A stretch of 64,000 nucleotides of DNA from Candidatus Limnocylindrales bacterium. Lineage in GTDB: Bacteria > Chloroflexota > Limnocylindria > Limnocylindrales > CSP1-4. Positions 51,265 to 62,859 of the stretch are shown here, piece after piece (positions within the stretch are counted from its first letter, which is position 1; each line of letters begins with the position of its first letter). The translations under genes were made by a program, and so were the position numbers. Location: positions 69,876 to 133,875 of the forward strand of contig JBMFSS010000001.1 in assembly GCA_049967415.1 (NCBI GenBank), read 5' to 3'. Under the pieces are notes generated by a model that worked only from the letters and a program-made list of their open reading frames with translations, ran no database searches and had not been told where the DNA came from.

Positions 51265-53835
51265 ATGGTGACGGACCGGACCCACATCGACCGCTACGAC
51301 CCTGCGACCATCGAGCCGCGCTGGCAGGAGCGCTGGGCCGCCCTCCGGCTCCATCACACCGACCTTGGAGATACCTCCAGGCCCCGCTACTACCTGCTGA
51401 CCATGTACCCCTACCCATCCGGCGACCTGCACATCGGGCACTGGTACATCAAGACCCCCACCGATGCGATCGCGCGCTTCCGCCGGATGAACGGGCTCAA
51501 CGTCTTCTTCCCGATCGGGTTCGACGCGTTCGGGCTGCCTGCCGAGAACGCGGCCATCAAGCACGGCATCCACCCCGCCGACTGGACGATGCGCAACATC
51601 GAGAACATGCGGCGGCAGCTCCGCTCGATGGGGGCCACCTTCGACTGGGACGCCGAGGTCGTCACCTGCGACCCCGAGTACTACCGCTGGAACCAGTGGC
51701 TCTTCCTCAAGTTCCTGGAAGCCGGCCTGGCCTACCGGGCGATGGCGCCCGTGGACTGGTGCCCCAAGGACCAGGTGGTGCTGGCGCGGGAGCAGGTGGA
51801 AGGACCGGACCGCCATTGCTGGCGCTGCGGGACCCCGGTGGTGAAGCGCGACCTGGAGCAGTGGTTCCTCCGCATCACCAGGTACGCGGACGAGCTGCTC
51901 CGCTTCGATGGGATCGACTGGCCCGAGCCGGTGCGGGTGATGCAGACGAACTGGATCGGCCGCTCCGAGGGCGCCGAGGTCGTCTTCCTGGTGGCGCCGG
52001 ACCAGCATCAGCCGGGCGGCGACGAGATCCGGGTCTTCACCACCCGGCCGGACACCCTCTTCGGCGCCACGTTCATGGTGCTGGCGCCCGAGCACCCGTT
52101 GGTGGCAAAGCTGACCCACCCCGACCGGCGCTCGGCTGTGGAGGGCTACCAGTACGAGGCCCGCCGCAAGTCCGAGATCGATCGGCTCTCCACCGAGCGG
52201 GAAAAGACCGGGGTGCCGCTGGGCGCGTTCGCGATCAACCCGGTCAACGGGGAGCGGATCCCGATCTGGATCGCGGACTATGTGCTGCTCGGCTACGGCA
52301 CCGGCGCCATCATGGCCGTCCCGGCGCACGACGAGCGCGACTACGCATTCGCGGTCAGGTTCGGGCTCCCGATCCGCCAGGTGATCGCCCCGTCCGATCC
52401 GGTCGAGGCGGCACGGGTGGCGACGGAGGTCGCCCGGGGAGCGGACGGCGGCACCGCGTTCGTGGCCCACTCCGAGGACGAGGTGATGGTCAACAGCGGA
52501 CCGTACAGCGGGCACTCGGCCAGGGAGGGCTTCGCCGCGATCGTCGCTGACCTGCAGGCGCGGGGGCAGGGCGAGCCAGCGGTGACCTACCGGATCCGCG
52601 ACTGGCTGATCAGCCGCCAGCGCTACTGGGGGACCCCGATCCCAGTCGTCTACTGCGAGCGCGACGGGATCGTCCCGGTGCCGGAGGACCAACTTCCGGT
52701 CCTCCTGCCGCGCGACGTGGACTTCAAGCTGACCGGCGAGAGCCCGCTGAAGTCGCACCAGGGCTTCCTCCGTACGACCTGCCCACGCTGCGGCGGTCCG
52801 GCGACGCGCGAGACCGATACGATGGACACCTTCGTCGACAGCTCCTGGTACTGGTGGCGGTATCTGTCGCCCCACAAGGCCGACGGGCCGATCGACCAGC
52901 AACTCGAGCACGCCTGGTGCCCGGTCGACCAGTACACCGGCGGTGCCGAGCACGCCGTGATGCACCTGCTCTACAGCCGGTTCTTCGCCAAGGCGCTGGC
53001 CGACCTCGGGCTGGTCCACGAACGCGAGCCGTTCCGGCGACTCTTCAACCAAGGGCAGATTCTGGGCGCCGACGGCGAGCGGATGTCCAAAAGCCGCGGC
53101 AACGTCCAGGACCCCGACGAGCTCGTGCAGCGCTACGGCGCCGACACGGTCCGGCTTTTCCTCATGTTCATGGGCCCCTGGGACCAGGGCGGCCCCTGGA
53201 GCTCGACCGGCATCGGCGGCGTGACGCGTTTCCTCAACCGCGTCTGGACTGTGGTCCTCGATCCGACCGGGACCGAGCCCGGGGATCCCGATGCAGGGCT
53301 GCTGCCTCCGGGCGAGCGCGCGGCGGACGGCGAGCGGACGCTCCTGGTGGCGGCGCACCGCACACTGAAGCAGGTCACGGCCGAGTACGAGGACTATCGC
53401 TTCAACACGATGGTCGCGCACCTCATGGAGCTGACCAACCTGCTGATGCGGTACCGGGGGACGCCGGTCGCGGGCAGCGCGGCATGGGATGGTGCGGTGG
53501 AGCTCCTCCTGCTGATGCTGGCCCCATCGGCGCCCCACATCAGCGAGGAGCTGTGGGCCCGACGGCTCGAGGCGCGCGGCGAGACCTGGCGCTCGATCCA
53601 CACCGAAGCCTGGCCCGCCTGGGACCAGGCGCTGGTCGCGGAGGAGAGAGTGGAGCTGCCCGTCCAGGTGAACGGCAAACTGCGCGATCGCGTGCAGGTG
53701 GCCGCCGGGCTCTCCCCTGCGGAGATCGAGGCGATTGTGCTCGGCCGCGAGAAGGTCCGGACGATCCTGGCTGGGCGCACGCCGGATCGCGTGATCCAGG
53801 TCCCGGGCCGGCTCGTCAACATCGTGGTGCGGTAG
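51265..53835 (+). CDS. leuS: Leucyl-tRNA synthetase
   Basis: [24 protein letters not shown]...[13 protein letters not shown] (HIGH motif)...KMSKS (RMSKSRGN). Confidence 0.95.
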   Translation: MVTDRTHIDRYDPATIEPRWQERWAALRLHHTDLGDTSRPRYYLLTMYPYPSGDLHIGHWYIKTPTDAIARFRRMNGLNVFFPIGFDAFGLPAENAAIKHGIHPADWTMRNIENMRRQLRSMGATFDWDAEVVTCDPEYYRWNQWLFLKFLEAGLAYRAMAPVDWCPKDQVVLAREQVEGPDRHCWRCGTPVVKRDLEQWFLRITRYADELLRFDGIDWPEPVRVMQTNWIGRSEGAEVVFLVAPDQHQPGGDEIRVFTTRPDTLFGATFMVLAPEHPLVAKLTHPDRRSAVEGYQYEARRKSEIDRLSTEREKTGVPLGAFAINPVNGERIPIWIADYVLLGYGTGAIMAVPAHDERDYAFAVRFGLPIRQVIAPSDPVEAARVATEVARGADGGTAFVAHSEDEVMVNSGPYSGHSAREGFAAIVADLQARGQGEPAVTYRIRDWLISRQRYWGTPIPVVYCERDGIVPVPEDQLPVLLPRDVDFKLTGESPLKSHQGFLRTTCPRCGGPATRETDTMDTFVDSSWYWWRYLSPHKADGPIDQQLEHAWCPVDQYTGGAEHAVMHLLYSRFFAKALADLGLVHEREPFRRLFNQGQILGADGERMSKSRGNVQDPDELVQRYGADTVRLFLMFMGPWDQGGPWSSTGIGGVTRFLNRVWTVVLDPTGTEPGDPDAGLLPPGERAADGERTLLVAAHRTLKQVTAEYEDYRFNTMVAHLMELTNLLMRYRGTPVAGSAAWDGAVELLLLMLAPSAPHISEELWARRLEARGETWRSIHTEAWPAWDQALVAEERVELPVQVNGKLRDRVQVAAGLSPAEIEAIVLGREKVRTILAGRTPDRVIQVPGRLVNIVVR

Positions 53836-54084
53836 CCGTCGATCGGCGGCATCGGAGTCGGCCGCCGGGCACCTGGCACAGCTGCTTCGGGCGCAGCGGC
53901 CCCAGCCCTGGGGGCCAATGGCTCTGGTCAAAAGTGAGCCATAGCGCCTACTCTGCAGCGTCCGGACAGGGCGTTGACATGCGGGGTTCTGCCTCCGTCC
54001 GTGAGCCGCGCGGGCCGCGGCCACAGGAATCGGCTGACCATGCAGCGCCTGTCGCCGGACCCAGCGGTCGGTGGAGGCGTGCGC

Positions 54085-55029
54085 ATGCGAAACAAAGTGA
54101 CCGTGGTCGGTGCCGGCAACGTCGGGGCATCCACGGCCCAACGGATCCTGGAAGGCGGGCTGGCCGACGTGGTGCTGGTCGACATCGTCGAGGGACTGCC
54201 CCAGGGCAAGGCCCTCGACCTGGCCGAGGCGGCGCCGATCGTCGGGCACGGGGCCCACATCATCGGGACCAACGACTACGCGGAGACTGCCGGCTCGGAC
54301 GTGATCGTCATCACGTCCGGCCTCGCCCGACAGCCCGGGATGAGCCGGGATGACCTCCTGGCACGCAACGTGGAGATCGTTCGCTCCGTGGTGGAACAGG
54401 CGGCTCCCCGTTCACCCGATGCCGTGCTGATCGTGGTCACCAACCCGCTCGACGCCATGTGCCACGTGGCGCTCCGGGCCAGCGGCTTTCCGAGCCAGCG
54501 GGTCATCGGGATGGCCGGGGTGCTCGACACAGCCCGCTTCCGGACGTTCATCGCCATGGAGCTGGGCGTCTCGGTCACCAGTACCTCGGCGCTGGTGCTG
54601 GGCGGGCACGGCGACTCGATGGTGCCGCTCCCCAGCCGAACCACGGTGGGCGGGGTGCCCATCACCGAGCTGCTGAGCCCCGAGCAGATCGAGCGCCTCG
54701 TCACCCGCACCCGCAACGGGGGTGGCGAGATCGTTGCGCTGCTCAAGAGCGGGAGCGCCTACTACGCGCCGGCGGCGTCCATCTACCGCATGGTCGAAGC
54801 CATCCTCGAGGATCGGCAGGAGGTCCTGCCCTGCGCCACCTATCTCAACGGCGAGTACGGCCTCCAGGGCCTTTTCGTGGGTGTTCCCGTCCGGCTGGGC
54901 CGGCACGGCGTGGAACAGGTGCTGGAGATCTCCCTGACGGCGGACGAGCGCGCCGCGCTGGAGACCTCTGCCGCGGCAGTCCGAGAGCTTGTCCACCAGC
55001 TGGACAGCTTGCTGGCCCAGGCACATTAG
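54085..55029 (+). CDS. mdh: Malate dehydrogenase (LDH-like MDH)
   Basis: [19 protein letters not shown]...; Rossmann fold plus substrate loop. GGAGG RBS. Confidence 0.9.
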   Translation: MRNKVTVVGAGNVGASTAQRILEGGLADVVLVDIVEGLPQGKALDLAEAAPIVGHGAHIIGTNDYAETAGSDVIVITSGLARQPGMSRDDLLARNVEIVRSVVEQAAPRSPDAVLIVVTNPLDAMCHVALRASGFPSQRVIGMAGVLDTARFRTFIAMELGVSVTSTSALVLGGHGDSMVPLPSRTTVGGVPITELLSPEQIERLVTRTRNGGGEIVALLKSGSAYYAPAASIYRMVEAILEDRQEVLPCATYLNGEYGLQGLFVGVPVRLGRHGVEQVLEISLTADERAALETSAAAVRELVHQLDSLLAQAH

Positions 55030-55102
55030 CCGGACGAGAGTCGTCCGGTGATCCGGGGGCGATCGGTCAGGTCGCCCCACTGCGAAGGAAGTGCGAGACT
55101 CC

Positions 55103-56449
55103 ATGACTTCCACCGATCCGCTGGAGGCTCCTCCGAGCGCGGACGTCGCCCGGCTGCACGTGGGCAGCACGGTCATTGACCTGCCCATCGTGAACGCCAC
55201 GGAGGGACAGCCAGCCATCAACATCGCGCCGTTGCTCGCGAAGGTCGGGGTCACCACCCTCGACTATGGCTACGGCAACACGGCCTCAACGCGCAGTGCC
55301 ATCACGTTCCTGGACGGGGACAAGGGCATCCTGCGCTACCGCGGGTATCCCATCGAGCAGCTCGCCGAGCGCTCGACGTTCCTCGAGACGGCCTACCTGC
55401 TGATCTACGGGGAGCTGCCCAACGAGGACCAGCTGGCCGATTGGACCGCCCGCATCAAGCGACATGCCCTCCTCCGCGAGGAGTTCAAGCGCTTCTTCGA
55501 GGCGTTCCCCACCGACGCCCACCCGATGGGCATCCTGGCTTCCGCGGTGAGCGCACTTTCCACCTTCCATCAGGGCGCGGATGACCCCCGCGACCCGCAG
55601 GGCGTGGAGGCGAGCACGGTCCGCCTGATCGCGCAGCTCCCGACCATCGCGGCCTTCGCGCACAAGCATGCCGTCGGCGAGCCCTTCGTCTACCCCGACT
55701 CGTCACTGGACTACGAGGCCAACTTCCTGCGCATGATGTTCGCGGTGCCCACGGAACCGTACGCGATCGATCCCGATGTGGCCCGGGCCCTCCGGATCCT
55801 CCTGATCCTCCACGCCGATCACGAGCAGAACTGCTCCGCCTCCACCGTGCGCATGGTCGGGTCGAGCCACGCCAACCTGTACGTCTCCATCGCGGGCGGG
55901 ATCGCCGCTCTCTGGGGGCCGCTGCACGGGGGTGCGAACCAGGAAGTCCTGGAGATGCTGCAGGCGATCGCAGCCGACGGCGGCAACGTGGGCAAGGCCG
56001 TCGACCGGGCAAAGGATCACAACGATCCGTTCCGACTGATGGGCTTCGGGCACCGCGTCTACAAGAACTACGACCCACGAGCCCGGATCATCAAGCAGGC
56101 TGCCGACACCATCCTGTCCAGGCTTGGCGCGGACGACCAGCTGCTCCAGATTGCCCTCCAGCTCGAGGACGTGGCGCTCCACGATCCCTACTTCATCGAC
56201 CACAAGCTCTACCCGAACGTGGACTTCTACAGCGGGCTGATCTACCGGGCACTGGGCTTCCCGACCGAGATGTTCACGGTGCTCTTCGCCATCGGCCGGC
56301 TACCGGGCTGGATCGCGCAGTGGCGCGAGATGATGGCCGATCCAGACTCGCGGATCGGGCGCCCTCGACAGCTCTATGTGGGCGAGCACGAGCGCCCGTA
56401 CGTGCCGCTGGAGGAGCGGCGCGCGGCTCAGGCGGCCGCATCCGCCTGA
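55103..56449 (+). CDS. gltA: Citrate synthase
   Basis: ...GYGNTASTRSAITFLDGDKGILRYRGYPIEQL...HADHEQN...GFGHRVYK..; canonical type II citrate synthase. Confidence 0.9.
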   Translation: MTSTDPLEAPPSADVARLHVGSTVIDLPIVNATEGQPAINIAPLLAKVGVTTLDYGYGNTASTRSAITFLDGDKGILRYRGYPIEQLAERSTFLETAYLLIYGELPNEDQLADWTARIKRHALLREEFKRFFEAFPTDAHPMGILASAVSALSTFHQGADDPRDPQGVEASTVRLIAQLPTIAAFAHKHAVGEPFVYPDSSLDYEANFLRMMFAVPTEPYAIDPDVARALRILLILHADHEQNCSASTVRMVGSSHANLYVSIAGGIAALWGPLHGGANQEVLEMLQAIAADGGNVGKAVDRAKDHNDPFRLMGFGHRVYKNYDPRARIIKQAADTILSRLGADDQLLQIALQLEDVALHDPYFIDHKLYPNVDFYSGLIYRALGFPTEMFTVLFAIGRLPGWIAQWREMMADPDSRIGRPRQLYVGEHERPYVPLEERRAAQAAASA

Positions 56450-56645
56450 GCCGGCAGAGCCCGCTCAGCAGCTCCGGCGGGGGTGCGTTTCGGTGGCGCC
56501 GGGCGCACCCCCGCGTGTCAATGGGCTCCGCGACGGGCCCTGACACGACGCGCGAACCTGATGCGCACGTGACGCACGGTCCGTCCAGCAGGGGCCGTGG
56601 CGCGCGCCGACGCTCGCCACCCAATCGGGCCCCGCTGGCATCTAC

Positions 56646-56984
56646 TCAGGAGCCTGGGGCATCCCCCGCGGCACGCGCCGCCTGGCGCGCGTCGCCCGAC
56701 GCGCCCAGCCGCACCTCCACACCCATCCGATCGAGCATGTGCCGCATGTCGTCGCCCATGTGATGGGCCACAACGACACCGACTCCGTGGTCCATCAGGA
56801 AGCGGGCGACCCTGGCGTGGTGCCCGCCCTCGGTCCCCGTATCGTGCAGGTCGCCCCAGCCCACATCGAACTCCTGCCAGTCGTCGAGACTGCCGGCCCC
56901 GACACCGGCGATGGCAACGCGGGACGCGCGTCCCCAGCTCGGGTCAATCTGCCCGTCGTCGGTCACGGGCACGCAAATCACCAT
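56646..56984 (-). CDS. NifB/NifX-family (dinitrogenase FeMo-cofactor-binding fold) small protein
   Basis: 112 aa, MVICVPVTDDGQIDPSWGRASRVAIAG...FLMDHGVGVVVAHHMGDDMRHMLDRMGVEVRLG, matching the Nitro_FeMo-Co-like fold. Confidence 0.6.
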   Translation of the reverse strand: MVICVPVTDDGQIDPSWGRASRVAIAGVGAGSLDDWQEFDVGWGDLHDTGTEGGHHARVARFLMDHGVGVVVAHHMGDDMRHMLDRMGVEVRLGASGDARQAARAAGDAPGS

Positions 56985-57237
56985 GGATGGCCCTCCGGGG
57001 TTCTGGGATTGATGTCAAAGAGTGTGCCGCACGCCGTGCGTTCGCGCACCGCGCCGCCGCTCATGGCGCCGCGGTGCGCCGTGTGCCCGGATCCGGGCAA
57101 CCCACGCTGAACCGGCCGGCCCCACGCAGTGAGCCATGGCTGCACGGGGCCGGGCACCGGGCGGCCCCGCGGGGCTGCCCGGTGCGTGCATGGAGAAGAG
57201 CCGGATCACCGGCGCCCGGCCTCGATCGGCCGCGCAA

Positions 57238-57609
57238 CTACACCTCCGGGGCCGAGCCGCTCTCCCCTTTGCGTTCGGATTCGGTGCCGGTCAGCTCGGC
57301 GAGGTCGGCCTCCACGCCCCGCACCTCGTCACGCAGCGCCGCGAGGTAGGCCTCGAGCTGTGCTGCCGCTGCGCTCCGGGAGGCCGGCGCGTACCGTCCG
57401 GCAGGATACCGGCGGTACCCATACCCCGGCTCGAAACCAGGCTCATACCCGTAGCCGGCTCGGTACCCGAAGCCGGGCCCATACCCCCGGCCGGGACCGT
57501 ATCCATAGCCGCGACCGTAGCCGTACCCGGCACCCCAGCCCGGGCCCCAGCCGTGGCAGTTGTCGGGACCCCAACATCCATGCCCGTGATATCCATGCCC
57601 GTAACCCAT
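57238..57609 (-). CDS. Gly/Tyr-rich protein with Cys/His cluster and C-terminal coiled-coil segment (123 aa)
   Basis: Perfect RBS AAGGAGG 7 nt upstream of the ATG. MGYGHGYHGHGCWGPDNCHGWGPGWGAGYGYGRGYGYGPGRGYGPGFGYRAGYGYEPGFEPGYGYRRY..AQLEAYLAALRDEVRGVEADLAELTG. The start lies 3 nt after the PadR stop. Confidence 0.55.
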   Translation of the reverse strand: MGYGHGYHGHGCWGPDNCHGWGPGWGAGYGYGRGYGYGPGRGYGPGFGYRAGYGYEPGFEPGYGYRRYPAGRYAPASRSAAAAQLEAYLAALRDEVRGVEADLAELTGTESERKGESGSAPEV

Positions 57610-57611
57610 CT

Positions 57612-58043
57612 TCAGGCCTCCTTGCCTGCTTCCGCCGAGACCGCTCCTCCGTGCACCGAGCGCTTGTACTCGGCAAGAAACTCGCCCACCAGGCGAGCTC
57701 GCTCCTGCATCACGGCGACCCACTCTGCAAGCCTCGCATCGCCCGACTCGGTCAGGACGTACTCCCGCCGACGCGCGCCGGCCAGCGGGCTCGTCCACTC
57801 GGACCGGACCAGGCCGGTCATCTCGAGTTCCCGCAGCGTCCGGTAGAGCTCGCCCACGTCCACCGCGCGTGGGGCCACCCCCAGTACGTTCAGGCGCGCG
57901 ACCAGGCCGTATCCGTGGTGCGTGCCGCCGGCGATCAGGACCAGCAGGAACGGCTCCAGCCAGCGGTGCCGCGGGCCGGTCGGGCGCCAACCACGACCCT
58001 GGCCGTGATGCGCCTCGGGTTGATGGTGGAAGTGTTCGCTCAT
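57612..58043 (-). CDS. PadR family transcriptional regulator
   Basis: ...RHRWLEPFLLVLIAGGTHHGYGLVARLNVLGV...GELYRTLRELEMTGLVRSEW...RREYVLTESG; classic PadR wHTH. Confidence 0.8.
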   Translation of the reverse strand: MSEHFHHQPEAHHGQGRGWRPTGPRHRWLEPFLLVLIAGGTHHGYGLVARLNVLGVAPRAVDVGELYRTLRELEMTGLVRSEWTSPLAGARRREYVLTESGDARLAEWVAVMQERARLVGEFLAEYKRSVHGGAVSAEAGKEA

Positions 58044-58177
58044 ATGCTTGTGTCATGTATACGTCTGGACCATGGTACCGGCCAGTGCCGAATGGCCCCC
58101 GCCGCTTCGTCGCTGGCGCCTGACGGCCTCATCCACCGGCTCGCACCCCGGTCCGCAGCCTCGCCTACACTGACCGC

Positions 58178-59119
58178 ATGAACGAGATCAGACTTGGTGC
58201 GCTCTGCTGGAACCAGTACACGGACTGGTCCGCGCTCCTCGAGGCGGGCGTCCGGGCGGACGCTCTCGGATACGACACCCTCTGGACGTGGGACCACGTC
58301 TATCCGATTGTCGGCGACCCCCACGGGCCCAACTACGAGGGCTGGCTGACCATCACCGCGTGGGCGGCCCGGACGGAGCACGTCCGCGTCGGACTGATGG
58401 TCGGCGCGAACCCGTACCGTGAGCCCACCCTGGTCGCCAAGATGGCCACCACCCTCGACCACATCAGCAACGGCCGCGCCATCCTCGGTATCGGTGCCGC
58501 CTGGTTCGAGGGCGAGGCGCACGACTTTGGCTTCGAATTCGGTTCGGGCGCGCCGGAGCGATTGCGCTGGCTGGGTCAGGCGCTCCCGATCATGCGGGGA
58601 ATGCTGGACGGGACCGAGCCTTCCGCGCCGGAGGGCTCGCGCTACCGCGCCTCCCGCGTGCGGAACGACCCCCTGCCCGTCCAGCGGCACCTGCCGATCT
58701 GCATCGGGGGCGGCGGCGAGAAAGTGACCTTGCGGCTTGTTGCCCGCTACGCGGACATGAACAACCTCGGCGGTGGCATCGAGGCCGTGCGGCACAAGGA
58801 GGAGATCCTGCTCGAGCACTGCGCGGCGGTTGGGCGCGACCCGGCCGAGATCGAGCGCACGGTCGGTGCCGGCGTGGTGCTGATTCGCGACAACCGCGCC
58901 GAGGCTGAGCGACTGCTCCGGGAGGCGTTCCAGCGCAACCGGGTGGCCCAGCCGTGGACCGACCAGCCGGTGGGCACCCCCGAGGACGTGGCCGAGCGCC
59001 TCGCCCCATATGTCGAGCTCGGCTACCGGCACCTGATCGCGGCGTTTCCGCCCACTTACGATGCGGAGTCGATGACCCGGCTCGTCACCGAGGTCAAGCC
59101 GCTCCTCGAGCGAGCGTAA
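58178..59119 (+). CDS. LLM-class (luciferase-like) F420-dependent oxidoreductase
   Basis: 313 aa, ...GYDTLWTWDH...RVGLMVGANPYREPTLVAKMATTLDHISNGRAILGIGAAW...; LLM TIM-barrel motifs. Confidence 0.8.
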   Translation: MNEIRLGALCWNQYTDWSALLEAGVRADALGYDTLWTWDHVYPIVGDPHGPNYEGWLTITAWAARTEHVRVGLMVGANPYREPTLVAKMATTLDHISNGRAILGIGAAWFEGEAHDFGFEFGSGAPERLRWLGQALPIMRGMLDGTEPSAPEGSRYRASRVRNDPLPVQRHLPICIGGGGEKVTLRLVARYADMNNLGGGIEAVRHKEEILLEHCAAVGRDPAEIERTVGAGVVLIRDNRAEAERLLREAFQRNRVAQPWTDQPVGTPEDVAERLAPYVELGYRHLIAAFPPTYDAESMTRLVTEVKPLLERA

Positions 59120-59475
59120 CCCCACCGACTGGCGGACCGGTCGCCGGCCACCCCGGGCGCGCCGCCCAGCCCGCGATTCGTGGATCGGGGCGTAAGCGAG
59201 CGGTAATAGCCGGCCCGTATAGTTTCGCCACCGTCCGCCGAGATCCGAAGTGCCCCGGGCCTCGGCGGACGCGGTGTGTTGGACAAAACGACCCGGCGAT
59301 GGCGCCCGGGATGGGGCCGAGCCTCTGGCCACAGGCTGCCGCACCTGCCATCGCGCCCGCCCGTTGGCACCCATGAGGGCCACTTCGTCGGGCCGGACAC
59401 GGCCACTCTGAACTCCGCCGCAACCTCGCACGGCCCGCATGCTTCCGGGTCGCGCGACCAGCACAGGAGGTCACC

Positions 59476-60195
59476 GTGGACCAGCCTCCCGAGGACCGGG
59501 CCCCCGAGGCATGGCGGTCGATCGACGTGACGCCGATCGAGGAGGCGCCGCCCAGCCTGGACCCGGCAGCCCGTCGCCGGTTCATGGCGCTGGGCGCGCT
59601 GGCGGCGATCTGCCTGCTCGCGACCGCTGGGCTACTGCTCCTCTCGCCCACCGGTTCCGGCCCGGTCGCCGCCGGCAGCGATGGAGGCCCCGCGGGGTCG
59701 GCCACGCCAGCCATCGAGGGGGTCGCCGGACAGCCATCGGCTCCGGGCGCCTGGATGATCGACGTCGGCGGCGCCGTGGCTCGGCCCGGCGTGTACGCCC
59801 TCCCAGCCGGGAGCCGCGTGGCCGACGCGATCCGTGCCGCCGGCGGATTCGGACCGCAGGTCGACGCGAGCGCGGTCACCTCGACGTTGAACCTGGCCGA
59901 AGTCCTCAGGGATGGCCAGAAGATCGTGGTGCCGCAGCGCGGAAACCCGGCGCAGCGCAGTGCAACCGGATCGGCAGCCGGGGCCCAGGGCGGGCATGGC
60001 GCCCTCATCGACCTGAACAGCGCCTCCGCCAGCGAGCTCGACGCCTTGCCGGGCGTGGGGCCGGTGACGGCCGCCAAGATCATCGCGGCCCGGGAGGAAC
60101 GCCCCTTCCGGACGGTGGATGAACTGGCGACCCGGAAGGTGGTCTCCGCCTCGGTGCTCGCCAAGATCCGGGGCCTGGTGACGGTCGGCGGCTGA
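59476..60195 (+). CDS. comEA: Competence protein ComEA (SLBB + helix-hairpin-helix DNA-binding)
   Basis: GTG start with an AGGAGG RBS. TM anchor, then ...IDVGGAVARPGVYALPAGSRVADAIRAAGG (SLBB) and IDLNSASASELDALPGVGPVTAAKIIAAREERPFRTVDEL (HhH2). Confidence 0.85.
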   Translation: MDQPPEDRAPEAWRSIDVTPIEEAPPSLDPAARRRFMALGALAAICLLATAGLLLLSPTGSGPVAAGSDGGPAGSATPAIEGVAGQPSAPGAWMIDVGGAVARPGVYALPAGSRVADAIRAAGGFGPQVDASAVTSTLNLAEVLRDGQKIVVPQRGNPAQRSATGSAAGAQGGHGALIDLNSASASELDALPGVGPVTAAKIIAAREERPFRTVDELATRKVVSASVLAKIRGLVTVGG

Positions 60196-60197
60196 AC

Positions 60198-62849
60198 GTG
60201 CCGCGCACGGGCTGGGCAGCGACCGGTGCGGTTGCCGCCGCACTGTTCGCGGGGCCGGGAGCCGCGGCCCTGCTGGCACCCGGCGAGCCGGCAATCGGAG
60301 CACGCGGCCCGGGCGTGGCCCTTGCCGTGGTCGTGCTCGCGTGCCTGGTCGCGGCGCTGGGAGTGGCCCGCACCTCGAGGCCCACGGTGGCCGTCGGGGC
60401 AGGCGCGGCCCTGGTGGCGCTCCGGCTGGTCGCGGGCTGCCTGCTCCCCATGGCCGCGCCGCCCCTGGCGCTTCCGACGTCGCTGCACGGCGCCACGGTG
60501 GAAGTCCTCTCGATCTCCACGCCCTCGAGCGGGGTCCAGCGCGCGGTCGTCCGTTTCGATGACGGGGCGGCTGGCCAGCTCCGCCTGTACGCACGCCTTC
60601 CGAGATACCCCGAAGTGGCGCCCGGGGACCGGCTGGCGGTGGATGGCCCCCTGCAGCCGCCTCCGTCCAGCACGGGATTCGGCGACTATCTCCGGCGCGC
60701 CGGGATCGCCGGCACGCTGACGGCTCGCCACCTGGAGCGCGTCCCGGCGCCCGATGGGCCCGCGGCGTGGCTGGAGCACCGGCGGCGCGACGCCGGGGAG
60801 CTGCTCGCCCGCGTGCTTCCCGCGCCGCAGGCAGGTCTGGCGGCGGGGATCCTCGTGGGCCTCCGCGACCAAGTGGACCGCGGCGTCGCGGCCGCGTTCA
60901 CGGCGGCCGGACTGACCCACATCGTGGCCATCAGCGGCTGGAACATCGCGATCGTGGCCGCGGTGGTGGCGGCGCTGCTGCGACGCCTCACGCGCCGGCG
61001 GCGCTCCGCCGCGACCCTGGCGGCGATCGTCGCGTACACACTGGCAGCGGGAGCGGGGGCGAGTGTCGTCCGGGCGGCGGTGATGGCGGCGGCCGTGCTG
61101 GGCAGCCGCGAACTCGGCCGCCCGGGGACCGCCGTGGCGGCCCTGTCGCTGGCGACCCTGGCCATGCTCCTGGTCGAACCGGCCGTCATCGCGGATGCGG
61201 GCTTCCAGCTCTCGGTGGCCGCGACCGCCGGTCTGCTGGCATGGGCGACCCGGCTGACCGCCTGGCTGCGCCAGCGCTCAACCTCCACGAGCAGCCGTCT
61301 CCCCGTGCCCGCCTGGCTGATCGATTCACTTGGGGTCTCGCTGGCCGCGCAGGCCGCGACCCTCCCACTGATCCTGCTCGACTTCGGGCGGGTCTCGCTG
61401 GTGTCCCCGATCGCCAACCTCGCCGCGGCGCCACTGGTCGTGCCGGTCATGGCAGCCTCGGCTGCCGCGCTGGCAGCAGGCTGGCTGGTCTCCCTGGGAG
61501 CGCCCCCGGCACTGGGCGCCATCGCGGGCTCGGGAGGGGCCGTGGTGCTCGGTGCGCTGGTCGCAGTGGGCCGCATGGCCGCCGCCGTGCCGGGCGCCAG
61601 CGTCACCCTGGGAACGCCGGTCGCCCAGCTGTTTGCCCTGATCGCGGCGGCCGGCGTTGCGCTCATCGGCGTGCCGCAGCTGCGCAGGCAAACCCTCGGG
61701 GTGGCTGCTGTCGCGATCATGCCGGCGCGGCGCGGGCCGCCCGCCGGGATCCCGGGTCCCGCACCGGGCACCCCGCCCGGGCCGGCGGAGGCCGGCCTGC
61801 GCGGTGCCAGCCGCACCTCCCGGACAACGCGGCCCGGGCACTCCCGAGATGGTCTCGGCCGGACCGCAGCGACCGACCCGCTGACGCGCATGCTCCGGCC
61901 CCTCGCGTTGTTCGCGCTGGCGGGGCTGGTGGCGCTGGTCCTGGTGGCCGCCGCACGCCCCGACGGCCGGCTGCATGTCTCGATCCTGGACGTCGGACAG
62001 GGGGATGCGATCCTGCTCCAGGGTCCGTCGGGCGGCCGCATCCTGGTTGACACGGGACCCGATCCGGAGCGGCTGCTCCCGCAGCTCGATGCGCGCGTGC
62101 CGGCCTGGGATCGGCGACTGGACCTGCTCCTGCTGACGCACCCGCACGAGGACCACGTGGGAGGGGCGGCGGTGCTGCTTCGGCGCTATCGGGTCGCCCG
62201 GATCGCGGAGCCAGGGATGCGCGGCACCGGGCCGGGATGGGATGCCCTGGTGGCCGAGTTGGGCCGCCAGGGCCGGACCACGTGGCATCCGGCCGCCGGA
62301 AACCGGATGCGCCTGGACGGGGCCTCCCTGGCAGTCCTCTGGCCCCGCCGGGGCGAGGTCCCCGAAACGCCGGGTGCAAGCGGCACTGCGGTCAACAACG
62401 TCTCGGTCGTCCTCGATGTCCGATACGGGGCACGCCGCATCCTCTTGATGGGAGACGCCGAGCAGGAGGTGGACGCCGCGTTGCTGGCCGACGGCAGCCT
62501 GTCGGCCAGCCAGCCCCGGGTTGACCTGCTCAAAGTGGCCCACCACGGCAGCCGCACGGCCACCACGGCGCCGTTCCTGGCCGCCGCGCGGCCCAGGGTG
62601 GCCGTGGTCAGCGTGGGCGCGGACAACACCTTCGGCCACCCGGCCCGGGCCACGCTCGATCGGCTGCGCGCCGCGGGCGCCCGTGTCCTGCGAACCGACC
62701 GGGACGGCCCCGTCAGCGCGACCACCGACGGGGCGGACCTGCGCATCGAGAGCGCCACGGGTGCCTGGATGGTGACGTCAGGGTCCCCTTCCGCGGCCGT
62801 CACCGGGCCGCGCACCCCAGCGCCCAACGAGCCGGCCCCGGGTTGCATA
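60198..62849 (+). CDS. comEC: DNA internalisation channel ComEC/Rec2, but no in-frame stop codon; the 3' boundary is inferred (possible frameshift or pseudogene)
   Basis: Manual translation from the GTG at 60198 gives a competence domain (GLTHIVAISGWNIAIVAAVVAALL), multiple TM segments, and a metallo-beta-lactamase domain (LDVGQGDAILLQGPSGGRILVDTGPD...LLLTHPHEDH...VAHHGSRTATTAPFLAAARPRVAVVSVGADNTFGHPARATLDRLRAAGARVLRTDRDG). This frame stays open through the HD gene and into holA, which is why it is absent from the ORF track. Confidence 0.7.
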
Positions 62850-62859
62850 GAATCTCCCC

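Noticed and set aside
60686-62053. Plus and minus strand ORFs (60767..62050 +, 60686..62053 -, 61326..62639 -) across the comEC region
   Set aside because: Wrong frames or strand relative to the clearly recognisable ComEC translation; low-complexity composition.
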